This document shows positions 29,414-48,368 of a stretch of 64,000 bases of DNA, piece by piece (position 1 is the stretch's first letter; each line of letters begins with the position of its first letter). Source of the DNA: Spirochaetia bacterium. GTDB lineage: Bacteria > Spirochaetota > Spirochaetia > UBA9216. Both the position numbers and the translations under genes were made by a program. The DNA lies in contig OZ223267.1 in assembly GCA_965140585.1 (NCBI GenBank), positions 160,001-224,000 of the forward strand. The letters run 5' to 3'. A model generated the notes under the pieces. It was not told the DNA's origin, made no database searches, and saw only the letters and a program-made list of their open reading frames with translations.

Positions 29414-29665
29414 TCATTCCTCCTTTGATTCTGGCAGAATTATACCGTCTTTGGAGTAAATTGTTCTACACTCAACCGAACAATAATATTTCGTTTCATT
29501 CTCATTTTTGTCAGGTTTAAAGTATTTGCCGCAGTTTATGCATTTTGCATATTCATTTGTGCATTCAGTTGAGCAGTAGAGATTATTGATACTCTGACTG
29601 GCAGGTGTAATTCTTCCGCAGGTTTGGCACCTGATATATTTTATATCCGAATCATCTGATTCCAT
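29414..29665 (-). CDS. Small protein with two CxxC...YCSxEC zinc-finger repeats
   Basis: CQTC...YCSTEC and CINC...YCSVEC; GGAG SD; stop abuts the adk start. Confidence 0.65.
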   Translation of the reverse strand: MESDDSDIKYIRCQTCGRITPASQSINNLYCSTECTNEYAKCINCGKYFKPDKNENETKYYCSVECRTIYSKDGIILPESKEE

Positions 29666-29772
29666 TTGTTTCTCCGTTAGTTTTAAATATATTCAGTCAA
29701 ATTCTTAAATAAAAAGCTTGAATTACAAAAGCACGGGGTCTATTCTATATAGTATTACATGCGGAGGTAAAT

Positions 29773-30099
29773 ATGTCTATTTACGAAAAGCTTCAGGAAG
29801 GATTAAGTGATGGCCTGGCTTATGGTATTGAAACATCAAAAAATCTCCTTTCCAAGGCTAAGGAAACAGCGGTTGAGCTTGAAGAAGAAGGTCTGCTGCG
29901 TCTTGAATTAAGAAAGTTGAATGCAAGAAAGAAGGAATTAATCAGCGAACTTGGAATAAAGGCATATGAAGCCTTTGTTATAAATAATCGAAAGTCTCTC
30001 ACCCTGTCTTCTTCCGGAGTCAACTCAATTCTTTCAGAGATAAATGAGCTTGAAAAAGCCATAGCCGAGAAAGAAGAAGACCTTAGAAAGTCAGAATAG
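29773..30099 (+). CDS. Hypothetical coiled-coil protein
   Basis: GGAGG SD; E/K/L-rich heptads. Confidence 0.65.
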   Translation: MSIYEKLQEGLSDGLAYGIETSKNLLSKAKETAVELEEEGLLRLELRKLNARKKELISELGIKAYEAFVINNRKSLTLSSSGVNSILSEINELEKAIAEKEEDLRKSE

Positions 30100-30335
30100 C
30101 TATATTTTAAATTATTACACTCATCTCCTATAAAAAATGTATATATCATGATAATTATATGGAAATCCTTATAAATCAGTGATAAATTATCTATATAAAA
30201 ATTGTCTATGTGTTCTGGAGGGGGTAGCTAAAAAATATGATGATAATTAATATAAAAATCAAAAACAAATAAAATAACAATCTATTTAATAATATTACTA
30301 AAACTCAATTCTTAATAAATATTTGGAGAAGTAAA

Positions 30336-31331
30336 ATGAAAACTAAACTAATTATCACAAACATTCTAATAGTTTTAATGTTTGTCGTCCTAATCACTGG
30401 CTGTGACATTTTCTCTGCCGCCATTGATGATGTTGTTGTCTTAAGTGCAAGTCTTGATGAAAAATTCGATGAGAATGGTATTGTATACTTAAATATCGTA
30501 CCAATTGATATCAATGGTGCTTTGAGTGATATCCGCTCTATAGATGCAAAAGCCACTTATCTTGACGCATCTTATACTGAAGTGGAAGAAGATTTAGATG
30601 TAGATAAAGAAGATACTGTTGTTGCTGAATCTTCATCGCTTCCCTGGTCTATAGCTATTGATATAGACAGTAGCGGAAGTATGTCTAGTAATGATTCAGA
30701 ATATGTCAGAAAAGATGCATCAAAACTCTTTGTTGAAAACATCCTTTCCTATGATTCTACAAGTGAATTTAATATCTATGATTTTGGTGCCGGTTCTACG
30801 ACGGGATTTTCATATTCAAGACAATTGACAAGTGACTGGACATCAGACGTAACGACAATAGATGCTGCTATTGATGAAGTTGTTGCTTCCGGAGGTACTC
30901 CTTTATTTGAATCAATATATGAAATATTACAGGCATTTGTCGTTGAAAAGGCTGCTTCTTCATACCAAAGAGCTATGTTGGTGCTTTCTGACGGTTCACC
31001 AGATAGTTATACTAATCGGACTACTGTTTATGAGTATGCAGTCTCAAATACTATCCCTATAAACACGGTTTACTTGGGAGATAGTGATTATACAGCAGCT
31101 ACCATGCGTGAGCTTGCTGAAAATACAGGCGGTATATATGCAAGCGCTGACGATGCTGATGCATTGGAAGATGCCTTTGTTGGTCTATCTCTTGGTACAA
31201 ATGAAGGCTACCTTGTGTATACTCTCACCTTCGCAGATCCGGATGAGATTTATGGTTCAACTGTAAGCATTGAACTTGAGATAGTAGCAAAGGATTATTC
31301 AGATGTGAAGGAACTTACGCTGAATCTTTAA
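30336..31331 (+). CDS. vWA-domain lipoprotein
   Basis: Lipobox ITGC; MIDAS DSSGSM, GGTP, LSDG; LAENTGG. Confidence 0.85.
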   Translation: MKTKLIITNILIVLMFVVLITGCDIFSAAIDDVVVLSASLDEKFDENGIVYLNIVPIDINGALSDIRSIDAKATYLDASYTEVEEDLDVDKEDTVVAESSSLPWSIAIDIDSSGSMSSNDSEYVRKDASKLFVENILSYDSTSEFNIYDFGAGSTTGFSYSRQLTSDWTSDVTTIDAAIDEVVASGGTPLFESIYEILQAFVVEKAASSYQRAMLVLSDGSPDSYTNRTTVYEYAVSNTIPINTVYLGDSDYTAATMRELAENTGGIYASADDADALEDAFVGLSLGTNEGYLVYTLTFADPDEIYGSTVSIELEIVAKDYSDVKELTLNL

Positions 31332-31394
31332 GCAACAATTTTTAATCAAAACCTTTACAAGCACCATTTAAATTCCTAAAATTATAAATGGTGC

Positions 31395-31549
31395 TTGACA
31401 TTTTTTCAGCAAATCTGTATAACTACGAAACCTTCTGAAACAGCAAGTAAAACGGCGCTTCAGGACCAACGGTAAGTCGAGTAAGTTCTTAAAATACTTA
31501 AAATTATTTTAACGAACCGGTTGACACAAATCGCTGGGTTTGGTAAAAC
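31395..31549 (+). promoter_or_regulatory. Tandem P1/P2 promoters of rRNA operon 1
   Basis: TTGACA-17-TATAAC (31395-31423) and TTGACA-17-TAAAAC (31521-31549); boxA-like tgttctttaaca near 31604. Confidence 0.75.
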
Positions 31550-31741
31550 TACGGCACGCTTGAAACACAGTGTGTGGGTAGCGAAAGAGACTCAAAAGAG
31601 TCTTGTTCTTTAACAGTAAATAGGGAAGGAAAGAGAGCCTGTGTTAATAGGTTTGATACTGAGCTACTTGAAATATAGTAGATAGTGCGAACCGTCAATT
31701 GTTAGGATTAAAATTGCTAATCTTTATGGTTAGCAAATTAT

Positions 31742-33279
<1,538 letters not shown>

Positions 33280-33550
33280 CAATGTGAAAGGAACGTGACT
33301 AAGTTAGAAAACTTCGGTTTAAAACTTAGCTTAGAGTTTGTTTACAAGCTTTAACGCTTTAATAGTCATGGAAAAACAGCCTGTTAGGCAAAAACAACAC
33401 AGCGAAATATAGCTTGCTATATTTCCGAGATGCAGCTTGCTGCATCTCCGCTCTCTTTCTTCCTTTTTTATATTAAGTGAAGGTCAACTGGTTTTACTCT
33501 TGTGGAGATTTACCATGTAAAGCTCTGGAGGGAGTCTTTGATTTTCTCTC

Positions 33551-33624
33551 GGGGGTATAGCTCAGCTGGCTAGAGCGGTGGCTTTGCAAGCCATAGGTCT
33601 GGGGTTCGAATCCCCATACCTCCA
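33551..33624 (+). tRNA. tRNA-Ala(TGC) in the ITS
   Basis: Anticodon arm gtggc-ttTGCaa-gccat; G3:U70 pair. Confidence 0.95.
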
Positions 33625-33849
33625 ATAGATATTTAACCGGTAACGGTTTGATATAATAAAGTTCTACTTGTAGTGCTTTAAGACATAGTCTCCATAGAGA
33701 GATTTAAGTTTGGCTTTGTCAAACTTAAGAGAATACGAAATATTCTCCGTTCTTTAAAATAGATAAAGACTGTTGAAATAATACAGTTTTGAAAACTTAT
33801 CCATATAACAGGGAGTGGATAAGTATAGGGAAGGGTTAAGAGGTAATAT

Positions 33850-36836
<2,987 letters not shown>

Positions 36837-37020
36837 ATATTTCCCCTTAATCAATTCCCAGAGAATTGAGCCAATAGGCTGCATGGACTATAGAGTCCTG
36901 TGAATAGCAACCTATCGTGCCCAATACTCAATCCCTGTATGATTTTACTTTGTAAAATCATAATGGAGTTTTACTCTGCGAGTAAAACATCCATTTCGAT
37001 AAATTATTTTTGAATAATTA

Positions 37021-37130
<110 letters not shown>

Positions 37131-37262
37131 TTTTTTTTTATTTTCACAGAACTTCTGTTCTGCGAAAATAAAATATAAGACCTAAGAAGAACTTGAAGTT
37201 TGGTAACACCAAACTTCAGAGAAAGTTCTCAAGTAAAATTGAGTGCTTAGAGATAATAGATA

Positions 37263-37344
37263 GTCTGGAAGGATGGCTGAGAATAAATAGTAGCAACGCT
37301 ACTTTCTCCGGTCATTGGAGAAGCCTTCGGCGTCTCTGCCCGGC
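37263..37344 (+). ncRNA. Putative 5S-shaped structured RNA / 5S relic (copy 1)
   Basis: Shares termini with 5S (GTCTGG...GCC[C]GGC followed by T9ATT); folds by hand into a three-way junction. Confidence 0.4.
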
Positions 37345-37403
37345 TTTTTTTTTATTAATTTGAAAAATGTAGCATTACAATTCTTAACCTGTATAAAAAT
37401 CAC

Positions 37404-37475
37404 TCCCGCTAACGCGGGGACTGACGATCCTGTTATACACGAAATAATTTATATAAAACTTAAATGTTAGCGGGA
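37404..37475. repeat. attC-like inverted repeat
   Basis: tcccgctaac...gttagcggga (10-bp IR with AAC/GTT cores). Confidence 0.4.
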
Positions 37476-37750
37476 CTGCGTTTGGCTATGCATTTGTGCC
37501 CGAATAAGCAGCACAGTAGGCGAAGCCGGATGTATAAGTAGGTGGCCGGTTCAGTTTGTTCAAACTGCTGAAGTTCCAGTGGAACTTACAATCGCTTGGC
37601 TTTGTTATTAATTAAAAGCTAGTTAATATCCTTGAATACAGTAAATTAAAAACTAAATAAACTCTGATTATTAAAAATTATGCGTTTGTTGACAGTTTAA
37701 TATTAAAGAAACATAATGAGACGGCAGATTTTAATTTCCTGGAGGATTTA

Positions 37751-37891
37751 TTGTCTACGCTGAAAGCTGTTGCTAAACTTGCCGGTGTATCTGTTACTAC
37801 CGTTTCTCAGGCACTAAATGGAAAATACGTAAAGGACATGACTTTGTACTCCAGAATTCGCATCATGCTCAAACAGCCGGTATTTCCATAA
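37751..37891 (+). pseudogene. Truncated LacI-family regulator (HTH only)
   Basis: GGAGG SD and TTG start: MSTLKAVAKLAGVSVTTVSQALNGK, then runs into ABC-ATPase DNA. Confidence 0.8.
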
Positions 37892-39169
37892 TTTTTCAGG
37901 AATTCAGTTTGATAAATACACTGGATGTAACGGAAAATGTTTTTCTCAATCGGGAACCATTAACCAGGATAGGTCTTTTCGATAAGAAGAAAACTTCGGT
38001 CAGAACTGTCCAGCTTCTGGATTCTATAGGCATTAGACTTGATGTTACTTCGAAAATCAGGGATCTAAGTGTGATAGAACAGCAGACCGTAGAAATTGTA
38101 AAGGCTCTCTCCATTGATGCTGATATTATCATAATGGATGAAACCTCAGCAGCCCTCTCTGATAAAGAGCTGTCAAAGCTCTTTGAAATTATTCATAAAC
38201 TTCGGAATGATGGAAAAACCATAATATATATATACCATATGCTGGAAGAAGTGTTTTCAATTGCTGACAGGGTTACAGTCCTAAAAGACGGAAAGGTTAT
38301 GGCTACAGAAAACACATGCTTTATTGACAGAAATAGGCTGGTCAGCCTTATGGTTGGACGTGAGATAGATGATGTATATCCAGACCTTCCGGAGGAAACA
38401 GGTGAAACTGTTCTATCTGTGGAAGCTTTAAGCGGCGATGGTATTGAGAACATTACACTCACACTCAAAAAAGGTGAAATACTGGGAGTGGCAGGAATTG
38501 CCGGTTCCGGACGTTCTGCTCTTGTTGAAACTATTTTGGGACTGCATCAAGGAATCTCCGGAAATATGGAATTAAACGGTATATCTGTAAAATTCAGAAA
38601 TATACGTGAGGCTATATCATCCGGGTTCTGCTATATTCATTCCGATCATAAGAACAAGGGTATCATTGCTCCAGAATCAATAACGGTAAATACGACAATA
38701 ACAAATCTTGATAAATACAAAAGCCGCTTTTTGTTGAAGAAAAATGCAGAAGAAAAAGTAACCCGTGAATAGGCTGAACTTCTCGGAACCAGGATGGCCG
38801 GGATAAATCAGAAAATTGAAGAACTCTCCGGGGGAAATCAGCAGAAAGTTCTTCTCTCGAGGGCTCTGTTAAAGGAACCGGCAATTTATGTCATAAATGA
38901 ACCTACCCGAGGGATAGACGTCGGAGTTAAACATGAAATTTATAAAATTATGCGGGATTTAACCAGTCAGGGAAAATGTATATTTATGTTTTTTCAGAGC
39001 TTCCGGAGATTATTTGAATGTCTGATCGGATTGCAGTAATGAATTTCGGACGACTTGCAGGGGTATTGGATCAGCATAAAAAAATATACTCGGAAGAAGA
39101 AATTCTGTCTCTTGCAGTAGGTCATGAGTACCAGCTTCCGGCAGGAGGGTGTGATGAAGAAGATATTTA
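37820..39169 (+). pseudogene. RbsA-like sugar ABC ATPase pseudogene
   Basis: No N-terminal Walker A; [25 protein letters not shown]; TAG at 38770-38772; frameshift near 38990; TGA within ELPEII*MSDRI. Confidence 0.85.
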
Positions 39170-40114
39170 AGATTAAAATTACAGATCCCGGTGTGTTTGT
39201 CTGGGTGCTGCTGGCTGCAATAATAATTTTCAGCATGTCAGTCAATCCTGTTTTTCTAAGAATCAGAAACCTGAAAAATGTATTTCTTATTTAGTCGGTA
39301 GGATTAGGGCTTGCCTCTCTGGGGCAGGCTGTAATAATTATTTCAGGCGGGATCGATATGTCGATTGGTGCAGCAGTTTCCCTTCTGACTTCGATTGCCG
39401 GCGGGCTTTATCGTGATTTTCCGCAAATAGGGGTTCTGACTGTTTTTATCATATTAGCCGGTATAGGGCTCTTAATAGGTTTTATTAACGGGCTTCTGGT
39501 TGTAAAGCTGAAGATTGCTCCGTTTATGGCTACGCTTGCAACCTTGTCAGTTATTCAAGGGGGGGATATTTATATATAAAAAAAAACCATAGGCGGTATT
39601 CCAAAGAGTTTCCGTATTATAGCGGAAGGAAGCATTGGCCCTGTACCGGTAAGTTTTATCTATTTTGTCCTGATTTTTTTACTGGTGTATGTTTTGCTAA
39701 ATAAATCAAGATACGGACGCCATCTATATGCCGTTGGGGCGAATGACTGGGTTTCTAAAATCAGCGGGATAGCAGTGGAGAGAGTCCAGCTTTCGGCCTA
39801 TATGCTCGGAGGAATACTGGTTGGACTGGCATCAGTATTTCTTACGGGACTTATGGGGGGGCCCTCTTGTAGGGAAGGGGTATGAACTTGATACTATTAC
39901 CGCAGTTGTGATTGGGGGGATTTCTTTGGCAGGAGGGGAAGTTAATATCACGGGAGCTGTAGGCGGAGTATTGAGCCTCAGTATTTTCAGTAACCGGATG
40001 AATATTCTTGATGTAAATCCTTATATTCAAATGCTTCTAAAGGGTCTCATACTTATAACTGCGGTATTCTTCTATTCTCAGAAAACAAATAAGAGAAAAA
40101 GAATTGCAGCTTGA
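39154..40114 (+). pseudogene. RbsC-like sugar ABC permease pseudogene
   Basis: GGIDMSIG, PFMATL, YGRHLYAVG and ELDTITAVVIGG spread over three segments; TAG at 39292; frameshifts at homopolymer runs near 39560-39585 and 39855. Confidence 0.85.
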
Positions 40115-40197
40115 AGTTTGTCTGTTTTTATCTAACTATGTGTGGACCAGGATTTTAATGAAATCCTATAAAATTATAAGAAATATTGGTATTTCCG

Positions 40198-40226
40198 TTG
40201 ACATGAAAGGCCAATTTCTATATATT
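40198..40226 (+). promoter_or_regulatory. Promoter of rRNA operon 2
   Basis: TTGACA-17-TATATT; boxA-like gttctttaaca at 40380. Confidence 0.75.
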
Positions 40227-40517
40227 CATCATCACACGTTAACGAGACGAATTGCCGATATCTGCTTGAAAGAGTTTGTTTGAAGCACTCGCATCTCAGT
40301 AAAAACATAACGTAGTTGAATATTCAGCCTCCGCTCATAGGGAGCCGTAAAGCTTCTATGTGCGTTTTTGGATGAATAAGTTCTTTAACAGTGAATAGGG
40401 AAGGAAAGAGAGCCTGTGTTAAGTAGGTTTGATACTGAGCTACTTGAAATATAGTAGATAGTGCGAACCGTCAATTGTTAGGATTAAAATTGTTAAACTT
40501 TATGTTTAGCAAATTAT

Positions 40518-42055
<1,538 letters not shown>

Positions 42056-42326
42056 CAATGTGAAAGGAACGTGACTAAGTTAGAAAACTTCGGTTTAAAA
42101 CTTAGCTTAGAGTTTGTTTACAAGCTTTAACGCTTTAATAGTCATGGAAAAACAGCCTGTTAGGCAAAAACAACACAGCGAAATATAGCTTGCTATATTT
42201 CCGAGATGCAGCTTGCTGCATCTCCGCTCTCTTTCTTCCTTTTTTATATTAAGTGAAGGTCAACTGGTTTTACTCTTGTGGAGATTTACCATGTAAAGCT
42301 CTGGAGGGAATCTTTGATTTTCTCTC

Positions 42327-42400
42327 GGGGGTATAGCTCAGCTGGCTAGAGCGGTGGCTTTGCAAGCCATAGGTCTGGGGTTCGAATCCCCATACCTCCA
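42327..42400 (+). tRNA. tRNA-Ala(TGC) in the ITS
   Basis: Same as copy 1. Confidence 0.95.
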
Positions 42401-42625
42401 ATAGATATTTAACCGGTAACGGTTTGATATAATAAAGTTCTACTTGTAGTGCTTTAAGACATAGTCTCCATAGAGAGATTTAAGTTTGGCTTTGTCAAAC
42501 TTAAGAGAATACGAAATATTCTCCGTTCTTTAAAATAGATAAAGACTGTTGAAATAATACAGTTTTGAAAACTTATCCATATAACAGGGAGTGGATAAGT
42601 ATAGGGAAGGGTTAAGAGGTAATAT

Positions 42626-45612
<2,987 letters not shown>

Positions 45613-45796
45613 ATATTTCCCCTTAATCAATTCCCAGAGAATTGAGCCAATAGGCTGCATGGACTATAGAGTCCTGTGAATAGCAACCTATCGTGCCCAA
45701 TACTCAATCCCTGTATGATTTTACTTTGTAAAATCATAATGGAGTTTTACTCTGCGAGTAAAACATCCATTTCGATAAATTATTTTTGAATAATTA

Positions 45797-45906
<110 letters not shown>

Positions 45907-46037
45907 TTTTTTTTATTTTTACAGAACTTCTGTTCTGCGAAAATAAAATATAAGACCTAAGAAGAACTTGAAGTTTGGTAACACCAAACTTCAGAGAAAG
46001 TTCTCAAGTAAAATTGAGTGCTTAGAGATAATAGATA

Positions 46038-46119
46038 GTCTGGAAGGATGGCTGAGAATAAATAGTAGCAACGCTACTTTCTCCGGTCATTGGAGAAGCC
46101 TTCGGCGTCTCTGCCCGGC
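46038..46119 (+). ncRNA. Putative 5S-shaped structured RNA (copy 2)
   Basis: Same as 37263-37344. Confidence 0.4.
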
Positions 46120-46267
46120 TTTTTTTTTATTAATTTGAAAAAATCCCTGTATCTAAAAAATGGACTCTGTTGAAATTGTATGGCTAAATATAATATAGTG
46201 TTTAATAGCCTTTGGAGATGGAGAAAAAATCATCGAAAATTCTGAATATTCTGACGCTAAAAAAGAT

Positions 46268-47017
46268 TTGAAACTGACTAATCTTCAAAAAATGACTTAT
46301 ATTTTAGAAATACTCAACCAGACGCCTTACAAATTTACGGCTCAGGAGATCAGTAACCTGACAGGTATTAACCGTACTACAGTGTATCGAATATTGATGG
46401 TTCTTGTTGAAGAAGATTTTATACTACAGGATGAAGAAACTCGGAAATTTGCTGTGGGTCCTATGCTATACCATATAGGCCTTGGGTATCTTAATAACTT
46501 TCATTTCAAGGATGAAATTTACAAGACGCTTGAAAAATTAGCTGATATTACCTCAGAAGCCATAGGAATAGCTGTAAGAGAAGGCAACAAGATTATTTCC
46601 CTGTATGAAATCGATATTCAGCAGCCTCTTAAAATGAGTTACCCGCCAGGTTCCTATTATCCGATGAACAGGGGCTGTTTCGGAAAACTGCTTATGGCCT
46701 ACCATGACAGAAATACTGTTCGAAAACTGCTGGAGCAAAGCAGTTTTGAAAAGCTATTTCCAAATACATTGACTGAAACTGAAGAAATCATTCGTGAATA
46801 TCAGAATATACGTAATAATGGGTATGTGATTAGTGACGGAGAAGGTTATAGCGTAATCGCAGCAGGAGTAGGAGTCCCGGTTTATAATAAAAGAAATCAG
46901 GTTAAAGCCTGTCTTGCTGTCTCTTTTGTGAAAGATGACGATTTTGAAATGAAAAAAATTGAGCTGCTTAAATTATTAGAGGAATATTCTAAAGAATTAA
47001 CAATTTATATGCCTTAA
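46268..47017 (+). CDS. IclR-family transcriptional regulator
   Basis: HTH EISNLTGINRTTVYRIL; effector domain GKLLMAY...IRNNGY...GVGVPV. Confidence 0.9.
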   Translation: MKLTNLQKMTYILEILNQTPYKFTAQEISNLTGINRTTVYRILMVLVEEDFILQDEETRKFAVGPMLYHIGLGYLNNFHFKDEIYKTLEKLADITSEAIGIAVREGNKIISLYEIDIQQPLKMSYPPGSYYPMNRGCFGKLLMAYHDRNTVRKLLEQSSFEKLFPNTLTETEEIIREYQNIRNNGYVISDGEGYSVIAAGVGVPVYNKRNQVKACLAVSFVKDDDFEMKKIELLKLLEEYSKELTIYMP

Positions 47018-47063
47018 TGATTTGAATTGTGTAATAAATAATCCTGATTTTGCAGTTTAGTGC

Positions 47064-47133
47064 TTGCATATCATGTGGATACTTCGTAAAGTAAACAAAG
47101 TTCATTATATGGACAAGAGTTCATATAATGAAC
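47064..47133 (+). promoter_or_regulatory. Promoter with two tandem IclR-type operator palindromes
   Basis: TTGCAT-17-TAAAGT (47064-47092); GTTCA-N5-TGGAC (47100-47114) and GTTCA-N5-TGAAC (47119-47133). Confidence 0.6.
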
Positions 47134-47156
47134 ATAAGCTATTTCAGGAGCGTCTA

Positions 47157-48368
47157 TTGAATCAGAGCGTTGATTTTCTTTGTGCCTCTGTGAATGAAAG
47201 CAGTCTTACTGAGTTAATATCAGATCTGATTAGAATTCCCAGTTATCAAGGCATTGAAAATCAGGAATATAGAGTTGCGGAATATATTCAGAACTACTTC
47301 CTTGGTTCAGAGATAGACTGTGAAGTTATACCGGTTGATGGTAAACGAAGCAATGTATATGCAAAGATTCCCGGCAATAAACCTGGACCCGTTTTGCTAT
47401 TTAATGGTCATATAGATACTGTACCACCATATGATATGAACAATGCCTGTCTTCCTGTTATAGAGGGCAGACATATTAAAGGGCGTGGAGCATGTGATAT
47501 GAAAGGTGCTGTTGCCTGTATGATGTATGCATTCAAAATTATCATGGAATCAGGAATCAAATTACCTGGAACATTGATTTTTACTGCGGTAATTGATGAG
47601 GAACTGACAAGTAAAGGGACCAGGGCTTTCCTTAAATCCGGGATAAAAGCTGATGCGGCAGTGGTCGGAGAACCAATGGCATACTCGATAGGCCTTGGGC
47701 ATAAAGGCCTGCAATGGTTTCAATTTGATATACAAGGTAAATCCGTTCACGGCGGCGAACAGGAAAAAGGAATCAACGCCATCGGTAATGCTTCGATTCT
47801 GATGAATGCTATTGAAGAAAAATTGGTTCCCAGTCTCAGAAAAAGAATACATCCATTGATAGGTACATCGACTCTTAACTATGGACTGATAAAGGGCGGT
47901 TCACAGCCTAGTACTGTAGCAGGTGAATGCATGATTCAGCTGGACAGAAGGTGGATTCCAGGAGAATCCTACGCCGATGTATGCAGGGAATTTGAAGAGC
48001 TGATTAGTGATTTGGAAAAATCAAATCCTGATTTTAAATGTGATTTCAGCGTAGTTGAAAGCAGCTTAATGGAAGACGGTGTAATACATGAAGTCTGCAT
48101 TACAGATGAATCCGAGGTTATAGTTAAAGCCGCAGAGAAGGCTATGGCTGAATCTATAGGGCATCAGCCTGAGAAAAAGGCGTTTCCTGCTTGGAGCGAC
48201 GGGGGGCTGCTGAATTATTACGGAAAGATTCCTGTCATCGTTATGGGGCCCGGAGAGCTATCCTGCGCACATACGGATAGAGAATATATTGATATTGATC
48301 AAGCCGTTGAGTTTGTAAAAATATATATAAAAACCGCGATGAATTTTCTACATTGGGAGGATACATAA
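47157..48368 (+). CDS. M20 ArgE/DapE-family deacylase
   Basis: NGHIDTV, GRGACDMKG, DEE, VGEP, AH; start moved to TTG 47157 (AGGAG SD). Confidence 0.85.
   Translation: MNQSVDFLCASVNESSLTELISDLIRIPSYQGIENQEYRVAEYIQNYFLGSEIDCEVIPVDGKRSNVYAKIPGNKPGPVLLFNGHIDTVPPYDMNNACLPVIEGRHIKGRGACDMKGAVACMMYAFKIIMESGIKLPGTLIFTAVIDEELTSKGTRAFLKSGIKADAAVVGEPMAYSIGLGHKGLQWFQFDIQGKSVHGGEQEKGINAIGNASILMNAIEEKLVPSLRKRIHPLIGTSTLNYGLIKGGSQPSTVAGECMIQLDRRWIPGESYADVCREFEELISDLEKSNPDFKCDFSVVESSLMEDGVIHEVCITDESEVIVKAAEKAMAESIGHQPEKKAFPAWSDGGLLNYYGKIPVIVMGPGELSCAHTDREYIDIDQAVEFVKIYIKTAMNFLHWEDT

Noticed and set aside
30140-30260. Fur-box-like (A/G)TGATAA repeats upstream of the vWA gene
   Set aside because: Very AT-rich region; the matches are too degenerate to support
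37199-37209. TTTGGTAACAC shared between a trailer hairpin and a 23S hairpin near 34644
   Set aside because: Only 11 nt; chance cannot be excluded
38770-39294. Stop-codon recoding (Pyl/Sec) at the in-frame TAG/TGA codons of the sugar ABC genes
   Set aside because: The same genes carry frameshifts and a deletion, and TAG/TGA are ordinary stops elsewhere in the window; decay is simpler
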